Shown here piece after piece: positions 38,014 through 47,432 of a stretch of 64,000 nt of DNA. This stretch comes from a virus, in the IMG/VR virus record IMGVR_UViG_3300030104_007872, positions 14,085 through 78,084 of that record; one strand, written 5' to 3'. Each line of letters begins with the position of its first letter. Within the stretch, counting starts at the first letter, position 1. A program made the position numbers and the translations under genes. The notes under the pieces were generated by a model. That model was not told the DNA's origin. It was given only the letters and a program-made list of their open reading frames with translations, and made no database searches.

Positions 38014-38451
38014 ATGAGAGTAACAAATATCGACACCCTTTCCGCGTATTTTGATAGATTAATAACAGAAAACATAAAGTTATTTTTTTTCAAAAAGGAC
38101 CAAGAACAGGAAAAGGTTGATCATCAAAAAGAAGTAATTTCTGATATTAAAGGTAAAATCTCCACTCTAATTAAAGAGTGCTTAGATACTGGTAAATACG
38201 AATATCTTTCAGAAAAACGAACATTTAACGAAAACTCTATAGTAGAAAATTTAGAGGAATTAGTTTTTAATGATATTAATATAGGCGAATCGGATAGAGA
38301 AAGATTAAAACAAGTACAATCTGAGACTCCAAGCTTAGATAAGTTCATAGTTAATGAAAAGAGACTTCGTAAGGCTAATGAGGGAAGGGCGCGTAATAAA
38401 AATGAAATTGACAACCAATTTCAAAAAATAATCGAAGAGCCTCAGACATGA
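38014..38451 (+). CDS. Helical hypothetical protein (DUF4254-like)
   Basis: DRLITENIK and ANEGRARNKNEID patterns. Confidence 0.45.
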   Translation: MRVTNIDTLSAYFDRLITENIKLFFFKKDQEQEKVDHQKEVISDIKGKISTLIKECLDTGKYEYLSEKRTFNENSIVENLEELVFNDINIGESDRERLKQVQSETPSLDKFIVNEKRLRKANEGRARNKNEIDNQFQKIIEEPQT

Positions 38452-39437
38452 AGGTCTTAATAACAGGGGTGGCAGGGCTACTGGGCTCTAATTTTGCTAA
38501 ATATTTACTATCCAAGGGTTACACCGTTATAGGAATTGACGACCTGTCAGGTGGTTATAGAGAGTCTGTGCATGATGAGGTGGATTTTCACCAAATAAAC
38601 CTAAGTGATCATAAACGTTTGGAAGAATGTTTCCTTAAAACACAACCCGACTATGTTTATCATTTTGCTGCGTATGCAGCAGAGGGTTTAAGCCCATACA
38701 TCAGGAGGCACAACTACACCAACAATCTGGTTTGCTCCGCTAATGTTATTAATGCTTGTGTTAATTTTAACGTAAAAAAACTCATATTCACGTCATCAAT
38801 GGCGGTATACGGCAGAGGCAATCCACCATTTACTGAAGATCAGCGCCCTACACCTGAAGACCCGTATGGTGTTGCTAAATACGCCGTAGAGATGGACTTG
38901 AAGATGGCGCATAAGCAGTTTGGCTTAAATTATTCCATTGTGCGACCCCACAATGTCATAGGTGTGGGTCAAAACATTTGGGATCGCTATCGCAATGTTA
39001 TTGGAATATGGATTCGAAAATGCATGAGTGGAGAACCGATTAGCATTTTTGGCGACGGAACTCAAGTTCGCGCTTTTTCTGATATTAAATTTTACATGAA
39101 ACCCTTTGAAAAATTAATGAAAAATTATGAGGGTGAAATTTTTAATATTGGCGCTGATAAAGATTGGACTATAAATGATGCCGCAAATCTAGTGGCAGAT
39201 GTGGCAAAAGACTGTGGGTATCAACCTTCGATTACACATTTACCGCCTCGAAACGAGGTTCACACCGCTTACTGCGATCACGCAAAAGCTAAGGAGTTTT
39301 TAGGCTTTATTGACGAAACCAATTTACAACAAACCATCAAAGATATGTTTGCTTGGGCGGCTGCACAAAAAGATCATGCCGTAACATACTTTGATTACGA
39401 AATAGAAAAAAATCTTTATACTTTTTGGAAAAAATGA
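38448..39437 (+). CDS. NAD-dependent nucleotide-sugar epimerase/dehydratase
   Basis: ITGVAGLLG, SSMAVYG and YGVAK. Confidence 0.88.
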   Translation: MKVLITGVAGLLGSNFAKYLLSKGYTVIGIDDLSGGYRESVHDEVDFHQINLSDHKRLEECFLKTQPDYVYHFAAYAAEGLSPYIRRHNYTNNLVCSANVINACVNFNVKKLIFTSSMAVYGRGNPPFTEDQRPTPEDPYGVAKYAVEMDLKMAHKQFGLNYSIVRPHNVIGVGQNIWDRYRNVIGIWIRKCMSGEPISIFGDGTQVRAFSDIKFYMKPFEKLMKNYEGEIFNIGADKDWTINDAANLVADVAKDCGYQPSITHLPPRNEVHTAYCDHAKAKEFLGFIDETNLQQTIKDMFAWAAAQKDHAVTYFDYEIEKNLYTFWKK

Positions 39438-40474
39438 TGAAATTCGGTATTTGGCGACATGAAAATTCCATAGGAAATTCGGTGGAACACACGATGGGTC
39501 TAGCGGTTTATTTAACAGTCAATAAGATTGATCCCGCCAATGTGGAAGTTTATGTCGAGAACGATTGGCAGAAAGATTTCGTTCTGTGCATACAGGGTAT
39601 TCAGGAAAAAAATGTAAAGTTTTTTGAGCGCCCCGTTGAAATGGACACTAAAGATCCGTATTTTGATGACATTCACATGCCAAACGTTTACGGACCAACC
39701 GCTTTCCCGCTTAGTTACGAGTGCGATTGGAATTATCTAGATAAACATAAAGAGCTTAACGTTTCACTTAAGTTTGACGATAGCGATTACGAAAATAAAT
39801 TTAATTTACCTAAAGATGCAGTTGTTCTCTTTTGTAGGGAACACGGAACGTGGTGGAAACGTGAGGATGGTAGTGAATTTGAGCCCGAGAGATTTGTGGA
39901 CCCCGAAACCTTCCATGATTTAGCTCACTATTACGCTAATAAAGGCTATAAAGTGATTAAGATTGGTGACGCCAAACAAAAAAGGTTGCGGGGAAATTAT
40001 ACACCTTTTGAATTCGGAGAGAGATACGAACACGAGAACCTGATCGATTTTACCAAATATCTTGACGAAGACGGCAACCCTAGATGGACTCTGAAAGATT
40101 ATCTGTTTATTCTACAAAATTGTAAGGTTTTTATCTCCTGTGATGCTGGAATTTGGCCAATGGCCGCAGCAATGAATAAAAATCTTGTTTTTTGCAATGT
40201 GATGTGCATACTTTACCCTATAACCCTCAAGCCACTTTCGGATGGAGCAAAGCTTTCGGATGATGGTCTGACCATAGAGTTTACGAAGCCCAATATGGTG
40301 ACGTGGATGCCACGGAAAACTACTAGGGTCTTACTGAAACATGCAACCATAGACACGGATAAGCTTAAAAGAGTTGAAGAGGATAGCGGAACGTATAAGA
40401 TTTTCTCCACTGATGTGATTTTTAGCGATAACACCTTCACGGAAATACTCACAGCAACAGAAACGTTAATTTAG
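39434..40474 (+). CDS. Putative glycosyltransferase (GT9/TIGR04372-like)
   Basis: SIGN N-terminus, GYKVIKIG and FISCDAGIWPMAAAM. Confidence 0.6.
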   Translation: MMKFGIWRHENSIGNSVEHTMGLAVYLTVNKIDPANVEVYVENDWQKDFVLCIQGIQEKNVKFFERPVEMDTKDPYFDDIHMPNVYGPTAFPLSYECDWNYLDKHKELNVSLKFDDSDYENKFNLPKDAVVLFCREHGTWWKREDGSEFEPERFVDPETFHDLAHYYANKGYKVIKIGDAKQKRLRGNYTPFEFGERYEHENLIDFTKYLDEDGNPRWTLKDYLFILQNCKVFISCDAGIWPMAAAMNKNLVFCNVMCILYPITLKPLSDGAKLSDDGLTIEFTKPNMVTWMPRKTTRVLLKHATIDTDKLKRVEEDSGTYKIFSTDVIFSDNTFTEILTATETLI

Positions 40475-40475
40475 C

Positions 40476-41153
40476 ATGAATATCGCTGCCTTTATACCTG
40501 CGCGAGGTGGTAGCAAAGCAATTCCGCGCAAAAATATTATAGAATTTGCAGGGCAACCACTATTAAGTTGGTCAATCGAACAGGCTCAAGCTTCCGAATA
40601 CATAAATAACGTTTACGTTTCTTCTGATGATGATGAAATTTTGCGGATTTCTGAAAATTATGGTGCAAAGTCAGTTAAGCGTCCCGATGATATTTCTGGC
40701 GACTTAGCTTCAAGTGAATCCGCTTTACTGCACTTTACAAGTCACCTTAAAAATGTTGATCTCGTAGTCTTCCTTCAGGCCACGTCGCCGCTACGCGAAC
40801 CCTGTGATCTGGACGGGGCAATAGAGCACTTTTTAATGCATAATTACGATTCCCTGTTTTCAGCAAATGAATTGGGAGACATGTGCATCTGGAGAAAAAA
40901 AAACAATAAGCTTAAAAGCTATAATTATAATTATAAAAATCGCCAGCGTCGGCAAGATCTTAATCAGGAACAACTGGTGGAAAATGGTTCGTTTTATTTA
41001 TTTACGCCAAAATGCTTGCGAAAATATAAAAATCGTTTAGGCGGAAAAATAGGATATTTTTTAATGGAAAATTGGAAAATTCACGAGGTTGACACGCCAG
41101 AGGATCTAGTGTTATGTGAGTTTATGTTTAAGCAGAAGGGATTGAATAAGTGA
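40476..41153 (+). CDS. neuA: CMP-nonulosonic acid synthetase
   Basis: IPARGGSKAIPRKN, LQATSPLR, ENGSFY and EVDTPED. Confidence 0.92.
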   Translation: MNIAAFIPARGGSKAIPRKNIIEFAGQPLLSWSIEQAQASEYINNVYVSSDDDEILRISENYGAKSVKRPDDISGDLASSESALLHFTSHLKNVDLVVFLQATSPLREPCDLDGAIEHFLMHNYDSLFSANELGDMCIWRKKNNKLKSYNYNYKNRQRRQDLNQEQLVENGSFYLFTPKCLRKYKNRLGGKIGYFLMENWKIHEVDTPEDLVLCEFMFKQKGLNK

Positions 41154-42124
41154 ATGAGTCAGTAGAGAGAGTGGTTTATATGAATGGGGAGTTTATTCCC
41201 GAGTCGCAGGCTAAGGTATCTATATATGATTCTGCCCTCATGTTTGGCGATATGGTTTTTGAAATGACCCGCTCGTTTAATAAGAAGCAATTCAAATTAC
41301 GGGAACATTTGGAAAGGTTATACGCATCGATGAAATATATTCACCTCGATTACCCAATGAGTATTGAGGAGATGGAAGATGCAGTTTACAAAACTATCGA
41401 AGTTAATGAGCCCGCTTTCGGAAAGGACGATGAGCACCGTATTATGATTGATGTCACACGGGGACTACTGGGAATATACGAGGGGGTTAACGGATTACGG
41501 TCTGGGCCAAATGTAATTATAGCGGATTTTCCGCTAAAGTGGACGGTGAGTTCTATGGGCCATTTATTTGATACGGGTATCAATGCGGTAATAACCTCAC
41601 AAAGAGCTATTCCTGCTTCTCTTTTAGAGCCCAAAATAAAAAATAGAAGTAGGATACATTACCTTATGGCTAACATAGAGGCGTCAAAGATGAAGGGTCA
41701 AGATAACTGGGCTCTTTTGCTTGATCCCGATGGATTCGTGGCCGAGGGCACGGGGGATAATTTCTTCATAGTTAAAAACGGACAGATAGTTACTCCTGAA
41801 CCCCGTAATATTTTGCGCGGCATAAGCAGAGATTATATATTTGAATTGTCGCAGCAGCTTAATATTAAGTGTATTGAAAAAAACATTGAGCCATATGATG
41901 TAATGATGGCTGACGAAGCTTTTATGACGGGCACACCATTTTGCCTCCTTCCTGTGACAAGCTTAAATTCTGTTAAAATTGGTGACGGAGCCATGGGATC
42001 ACTTACGCGCTTGCTATTGGATCGCTGGAGCGCCAATGTAGGCTTAGACATAGAAAGGCAGATTAAAGATTATTCTTGTCCATCCAATTCATCATCTCCG
42101 TCTCCATACATTTTTAAAAAATGA
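41150..42124 (+). CDS. Class IV PLP aminotransferase (IlvE/D-amino-acid aminotransferase-like)
   Basis: FGDMVFE, HLERL, KIKNRS, AEGTGDNFF, ILRGISR and ADEAFMTGT. Confidence 0.9.
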   Translation: MNESVERVVYMNGEFIPESQAKVSIYDSALMFGDMVFEMTRSFNKKQFKLREHLERLYASMKYIHLDYPMSIEEMEDAVYKTIEVNEPAFGKDDEHRIMIDVTRGLLGIYEGVNGLRSGPNVIIADFPLKWTVSSMGHLFDTGINAVITSQRAIPASLLEPKIKNRSRIHYLMANIEASKMKGQDNWALLLDPDGFVAEGTGDNFFIVKNGQIVTPEPRNILRGISRDYIFELSQQLNIKCIEKNIEPYDVMMADEAFMTGTPFCLLPVTSLNSVKIGDGAMGSLTRLLLDRWSANVGLDIERQIKDYSCPSNSSSPSPYIFKK

Positions 42125-42894
42125 AGTTGGGAATAATTCAAGGTAGATTGTCTGAACCAATCGAGGGCTTCCAAGAGTGTCCAGAAAATTGGGCTAGAGA
42201 GTTCGAGTTATTGGTAGGTTTTAAATTGAATCATATAGAATGGATTGTTACAGCGGAGAAATTTAATACCAACCCCCTTTTCGCTGAAAATTTACGGAAT
42301 TATCCAATTTCTTCTGTTTGCGCTGATTTTATGGTTAGCGAAAAGTTTTCGGATGGCGATTATTTAAAGCGTTTTTTGCGGCCCACTTGCGAAGCAGTTT
42401 TGCGTCATGGGATCAAACATTTGACCATCCCCCTCCTAGAGGAAAGTGATGTGAGCAACTCAAAAGCAAGAGAGATATTTGCGAGTAATTTTGCACCTTA
42501 TGTAGAAGAGTTTAGCGATATTACTTTTTTAATAGAAGCGGAACTTCATCAAGATAAACTAAAGGATCTTCTTGAGATCAGCCCAACCTTAGGTGTGACT
42601 TATGATACGGGCAATATTACTTCTTGTGGTTTCAGTCACGAAAACTATATTAAGGAACTTAAAGACAGAATCAAACAAGTTCACATAAAGGATAGGACTA
42701 TAAATCCAGTGGAAACCGTTCCACCCACACGGGGACGCACTGATTTTAATTTAATTTTTAAAAAGCTTAAAGAGATAAATTTTGACGGTCCATATACACT
42801 TCAAACGGCCCGCGAAAAAACGGGAAATGAACTTGAAACAATTCAAAAACACGCAACAATAATACGAAATTTATATTATGAAGAATTTTTTTAA
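42121..42894 (+). CDS. Sugar-phosphate isomerase/epimerase (xylose-isomerase-like TIM barrel)
   Basis: GIIQGRLS, YDTGN and VHIKDR. Confidence 0.8.
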   Translation: MKLGIIQGRLSEPIEGFQECPENWAREFELLVGFKLNHIEWIVTAEKFNTNPLFAENLRNYPISSVCADFMVSEKFSDGDYLKRFLRPTCEAVLRHGIKHLTIPLLEESDVSNSKAREIFASNFAPYVEEFSDITFLIEAELHQDKLKDLLEISPTLGVTYDTGNITSCGFSHENYIKELKDRIKQVHIKDRTINPVETVPPTRGRTDFNLIFKKLKEINFDGPYTLQTAREKTGNELETIQKHATIIRNLYYEEFF

Positions 42895-43693
42895 CCTAAA
42901 GGGCAAAACCGCCTTAATCACAGGCGGGGGTGGGCTTTTAGGGCCAAAACATGCTGAAGCGATTATTGAGCAGGGTGGCCGTGTTATTTTAGCTGATTGG
43001 CACCAAGATCGAGCCGCAAAAAAAGCCGAGCAACTCAACAGAGAACATGGAGAATCCGTTGCTGATTGGCATCACATGGACGTTACCGATAAATTGTCCA
43101 TCGAAAGGGTTGTCGATAAATATAATAAAATAGATATCCTAATAAATAATGCAGCTAAAGATCCAAAAGTTAAAAAAGATGCGGGGCTTACGGTTGAATC
43201 GAGGTTTGAAACCATGACTGAGAAATATTGGCAAGAGGGGGTAGATGCAGCCTTAAATGGAACGTTTTTGTGCTCACAGGTTGTTGCAAACTTAATGTTG
43301 AAGTGTGGCGGTGGAGTGATTCTTAATATTGCTTCTGATTTAGGTGTTATAGCTCCCGATCAGCGCATTTACGAAAAAGAAGGGTTAGATGAGGATCAAC
43401 AAAATGTTAAACCAATTACTTATTCTGCGGCAAAATGGGCCATTATAGGTATGACTAAATATTTGGCGGTTTATTTCGCTAAGAAAAATATACGAGTCAA
43501 TTCACTTAGCCCCACAGCAGTCTACAATAATCATCCAGAAGATTTTGTGGAAAAGTTGACGAATTTAATTCCAATGGGTAGGATGTCAGATATCAATGAA
43601 TACAAAGGGGCAATTGCTTTTTTGTGCTCTGACGCAAGCTCTTATATGACAGGAGAAAATTTGGTAATCGATGGTGGTAAGAGCGTATGGTAA
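42878..43693 (+). CDS. Short-chain dehydrogenase (PtmA-like SDR)
   Basis: ITGGGGLLG, INNAA, YSAAK and TGENLVIDGG. Confidence 0.88.
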   Translation: MKNFFNLKGKTALITGGGGLLGPKHAEAIIEQGGRVILADWHQDRAAKKAEQLNREHGESVADWHHMDVTDKLSIERVVDKYNKIDILINNAAKDPKVKKDAGLTVESRFETMTEKYWQEGVDAALNGTFLCSQVVANLMLKCGGGVILNIASDLGVIAPDQRIYEKEGLDEDQQNVKPITYSAAKWAIIGMTKYLAVYFAKKNIRVNSLSPTAVYNNHPEDFVEKLTNLIPMGRMSDINEYKGAIAFLCSDASSYMTGENLVIDGGKSVW

Positions 43694-43983
43694 TATATGT
43701 AGATATCGACGGGACGATTTGTGAGTCAGCGCCAACAGGTGATTATTCAGATGCGCTACCAGTCCAAAGCTCTATAAATAAAATAAACAAATTATATCAC
43801 GAAGGTAACACCATTATCTATTGGACTGCTCGTGGCACTGTAACATATATAGATTGGCTAGAGATGACCAAAGATCAGTTAAATCAGTGGGGCTGTTTAT
43901 TTCACGATGTTAGAGCAGGAAAGCCTCAGTATGATTTATGGATTGATGATAAATCTATAAAAATAGAAGAACTTGATGAGTAA
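43687..43983 (+). CDS. Minimal HAD-family phosphatase
   Basis: DIDGT, WTARG and GKP...IDDK. Confidence 0.85.
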   Translation: MVIYVDIDGTICESAPTGDYSDALPVQSSINKINKLYHEGNTIIYWTARGTVTYIDWLEMTKDQLNQWGCLFHDVRAGKPQYDLWIDDKSIKIEELDE

Positions 43984-44902
43984 AATATTAGTAACAGGTG
44001 GCTCGGGAATGGTGGGCAAACATTTGCAAAAAATCTTACCGAATGCGGAATATTTTTCAAGTCGTTCTTGTAATCTTAAAAGGGAATCGTTGACTTCTGC
44101 GGTCTTTTACAAAATGCGGCCCGACGTGGTGATTCATCTTGCTGCGAAGGTGGGCGGGATTTTAGACAACATAAGACATCCCGTAGAATTCTTTGAAGAT
44201 AACATAGCAATAAACAATAATGTTATAAAGTCCGCTTATGAAAGTGGCTGTAAAAAAATAATTTCAGTTTTAAGTACCTGCATTTATCCAGATGAGGTTC
44301 CAGAGTCAGATTATCCGATGGTCGAGGCATCTCTGCATTCTGGGCCTCCTACACCAACCAATTTTGCATATGGTTATGCAAAAAGATGTCTGGCGGTTCA
44401 GTTAGCAGCCTATAATCAACAGCACAATACTCAATACAGCACTTTAATTCCCTGCAATTTATATTCAGAATACGATCACTTTGAGGGTGAAAGGGCTCAT
44501 TTTTTATCTAGCCTAATAAATAAAATTGATACAGCTAAACGCCAAAACGCTAAAAAGATTAACCTCTTGGGCACTGGAGCGCCACTGCGGCAGTTTATGT
44601 ATGCGGGGGATTTAGCTGAGGCAATTGTATTAACCTTAGATAAAGATGATGTCTTCAATTATAACATTTGCACACCTGAAAACAAGAGCATTAAAGAGAT
44701 CTGTGATATTGCGCTAGAGGCATGTGATGCTACCCATCTAAGTGTCGAGTGGGACGAAACAAAACCCGACGGCCAATATAGGAAGGACGCCTCGTCAAAG
44801 AGATTCTTAAAAGATTTTCCAGATTTCAAATTTACCAAACTTGTAGAAGGAATTAAAAAAACTTATAATATAATCAGTAATGAAAGAGTGGAGACTAAAT
44901 GA
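43976..44902 (+). CDS. fcl: GDP-fucose/GDP-colitose synthase (Fcl/ColC)
   Basis: GGSGMVG, LAAKVGGI, STCIYP, YGYAKR and KPDGQ. Confidence 0.9.
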   Translation: MSKILVTGGSGMVGKHLQKILPNAEYFSSRSCNLKRESLTSAVFYKMRPDVVIHLAAKVGGILDNIRHPVEFFEDNIAINNNVIKSAYESGCKKIISVLSTCIYPDEVPESDYPMVEASLHSGPPTPTNFAYGYAKRCLAVQLAAYNQQHNTQYSTLIPCNLYSEYDHFEGERAHFLSSLINKIDTAKRQNAKKINLLGTGAPLRQFMYAGDLAEAIVLTLDKDDVFNYNICTPENKSIKEICDIALEACDATHLSVEWDETKPDGQYRKDASSKRFLKDFPDFKFTKLVEGIKKTYNIISNERVETK

Positions 44903-46049
44903 ACCAAACGTTACCTTTTGGGATAGGTTAAAGATTTGCTCATTTTTTCTGAATCCTAAAAATTTCTGGACGATGAACGGTAAAGTCTCTCTCTTTGAGG
45001 AGTCTATGGCCGATTATGTAGGCTGCAAATACGCGGTTTATGTTTCCAGCGGCTCGACCGCTAATACCTTATTGGCTATGCATCTTCGTGATAATATTGC
45101 GAAGAATAATATCGAGAAAGATACCATAGTTTTTCCATCTACCACTTGGACCACTTCGATTTCTCCTTTTTTAAGGGAGGGGTTCAAGCCGAAATTTATA
45201 GACGTAAACCTCAAAGACTTCTCTATTGATTTAGATTCTCTTGAGAATTACCTAAAAGACAATCATGAGCAAGTTTGCTGCGTTTTTCTGACTTCTTTGA
45301 TTGGATTTGTGCCTGACATGAAAAGGCTTGAGGCTATCTCTAAACGCTTCAACGTTAAGGTAATGTTGGATAATTGTGAAAATACTTTTGGCACCTACGG
45401 CGGTAAAAATGTTTCGTCTTTTTTCACCTCTACCACCAGCACATATTTTGGACACCAGATTCAGAGTGTCGAGGGCGGCTTTGTATTCACTAATTGTCAA
45501 GATGAATACGAATATTTTTTAATGGCTCGCAATCACGGCTTAACTCGCAGCCTTAAAAATTCTTCACACGTTCGCAATAAAAATGTTGACCCGCAGTTTG
45601 ATTTTTTTCTACTGGGTAATAATTTTCGCAATACAGACATCAATGCCTTCATAGGTCTTTTGGACTTTAAAAGGATAGATAAAATAAAGAATAAGAGGGA
45701 AAAACTGTATGAGGTTTTTTTAAATGAATTAAAATGCAACATGGGCCTTTCCTTGCCGAGTGAGTTGCGCGGTCATTCCCCGTTTTGCTTGCCAGTTTTG
45801 TGCGATACTGTAAAACAGAAATCCCTTTTGTTGAAATATTGTAAAGAAAACAATATTGAGACTAGGCCAATTATCTCAGGAAATTTATTAAAACAAAGCT
45901 GTTATTCCGCTTTTGCTGATCCGCTTTCGTTTCCCAATAGCGAGCGCTTGCACACGCATGGGTTTTATGTCGGGCTACACGCGCACGTTAAAAAGTCTCA
46001 GGTTGAAAAATTAACCTCACACATTAATATCACTTTAAATGAAAAATAA
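44880..46049 (+). CDS. colD: GDP-4-keto-6-deoxymannose 3-dehydratase (ColD-like)
   Basis: DegT fold with SSGSTAN; YFGHQIQSVEGG places His at the PLP-Lys position; flanked by gmd and fcl. Confidence 0.75.
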   Translation: MKEWRLNEPNVTFWDRLKICSFFLNPKNFWTMNGKVSLFEESMADYVGCKYAVYVSSGSTANTLLAMHLRDNIAKNNIEKDTIVFPSTTWTTSISPFLREGFKPKFIDVNLKDFSIDLDSLENYLKDNHEQVCCVFLTSLIGFVPDMKRLEAISKRFNVKVMLDNCENTFGTYGGKNVSSFFTSTTSTYFGHQIQSVEGGFVFTNCQDEYEYFLMARNHGLTRSLKNSSHVRNKNVDPQFDFFLLGNNFRNTDINAFIGLLDFKRIDKIKNKREKLYEVFLNELKCNMGLSLPSELRGHSPFCLPVLCDTVKQKSLLLKYCKENNIETRPIISGNLLKQSCYSAFADPLSFPNSERLHTHGFYVGLHAHVKKSQVEKLTSHINITLNEK

Positions 46050-47082
46050 AAAAATTATAATTACAGGAGTTACTGGACAGGATGGAAGCCTTATGGCCGA
46101 TTATCTGTTGAAAAACACGGAGCATACCGTGGTTGGTGGCGTTCGTAGACTGAGCGTCAAAAATCATCAAAACATCCAGCATTTGCTAAAAAATCCTCGG
46201 TTTTATCTGATTGATCTAGACGTAACAGACAGCCAGAATATCGCTAGGGTTATTGAATCCGAAAAGCCTGATTATTTTATTAATTTTGCTGCAAATTCCT
46301 TCGTTGGTGTGAGTTGGGAAATGCCCTTGAACAATATGGAAACCAATTGCATGGCTGTCCTGCATCAGTTGGAGGCAATTCGTTCACATGCGCCAAAATG
46401 CCGTTATTACAACGCAGGAAGCTCAGAGGAGTTTGGCGATGTTGTGGAGACACCGCAGACCGAAGACCACCCCTTGCGCCCCAGAAGCCCATATGGAGCG
46501 TCAAAATGCGCCGCTAGGCATTTAGTTAAGGTCTATAGAGATTCTTACGATATTTATGCTGTTCAGGGTTGGCTCTTTAACCACGAGGGTGTGCGCCGTG
46601 GTGAAGAATTCGTAACGCGAAAAATAACCAAGAATGTCGCAAGAATAGAGGGTGAGTTTCGCAAGGGCGACGGAATTACACCGCTGCAATTAGGAAATGT
46701 GGACGCTAAACGAGATTGGAGTGACGCGGAAGATTTTGTAGACGGTGTTTGGAAAATGTTAAATCAAGATAAGCCAAAAGATTACATCTTATCATCCAAT
46801 GAAACCCACACAATCAGAGAGTTTGTTGAAGAGGCTTTTAATTACGCAGGCTTTCATCGCAGCATGTGCTCTTGGCGCGGCGAGCATGAGGATGAAAAAT
46901 ATTTTCATGGAGATGATTGTTTGGTAGAAATTAATCCTATTTTTTATCGCCCAGCGGAAGTAGATATCTTGTTGGGTGATTCAACCAGAGCACGTCAAGA
47001 GCTAGGTTGGTCACCAAAAACAGATTTCCTAAATCTTGTCAAGAAGATGGTTGACACGGATATCAAGGAGCGCAATACTTAG
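46039..47082 (+). CDS. gmd: GDP-mannose 4,6-dehydratase
   Basis: ITGVTGQDGS, PRSPYGASK, LFNHEG, FVTRKI and RPAEVD. Confidence 0.95.
   Translation: MKNKKIIITGVTGQDGSLMADYLLKNTEHTVVGGVRRLSVKNHQNIQHLLKNPRFYLIDLDVTDSQNIARVIESEKPDYFINFAANSFVGVSWEMPLNNMETNCMAVLHQLEAIRSHAPKCRYYNAGSSEEFGDVVETPQTEDHPLRPRSPYGASKCAARHLVKVYRDSYDIYAVQGWLFNHEGVRRGEEFVTRKITKNVARIEGEFRKGDGITPLQLGNVDAKRDWSDAEDFVDGVWKMLNQDKPKDYILSSNETHTIREFVEEAFNYAGFHRSMCSWRGEHEDEKYFHGDDCLVEINPIFYRPAEVDILLGDSTRARQELGWSPKTDFLNLVKKMVDTDIKERNT
47051..47079 (+). promoter_or_regulatory. Putative sigma70-type promoter TTGACA-17-AATACT; leaderless start at GTG 47085
   Basis: Sequence match and position at the start of the replication module. Confidence 0.5.
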
Positions 47083-47084
47083 GG

Positions 47085-47432
47085 GTGCCAAAAACAAAAG
47101 GTCCAAATAAGAGAGATATACTTTTTCGTTTATTAGATGTCCCCGCGAAGGGGCGCCGTCCCTTTTTTGCAAGGGAGATGAAGATGTTAAATGACCTGTG
47201 TGAAAGGTATTCTCAGGACTTCATGTCTATTGTAGATTTCGGCAGGAAATTTGATTCTCTAGCTTATTTGGTTAGCGATAAACTAAAACAACGCTTGGAC
47301 GAAAAGTTCCGAGCTTTTAATTTTAGAGTTGATTTATCGAAGTATGAAGTCTATGATATTGGAGAAAAGGTGGGGGATGATAGATTCGTTCGCCCTAAAG
47401 CAAAAACAGTAAAAGATTTTTTAGATGAGTGA
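47085..47432 (+). CDS. Hypothetical protein
   Basis: 115-aa ORF overlapping the recA-like gene. Confidence 0.65.
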   Translation: MPKTKGPNKRDILFRLLDVPAKGRRPFFAREMKMLNDLCERYSQDFMSIVDFGRKFDSLAYLVSDKLKQRLDEKFRAFNFRVDLSKYEVYDIGEKVGDDRFVRPKAKTVKDFLDE

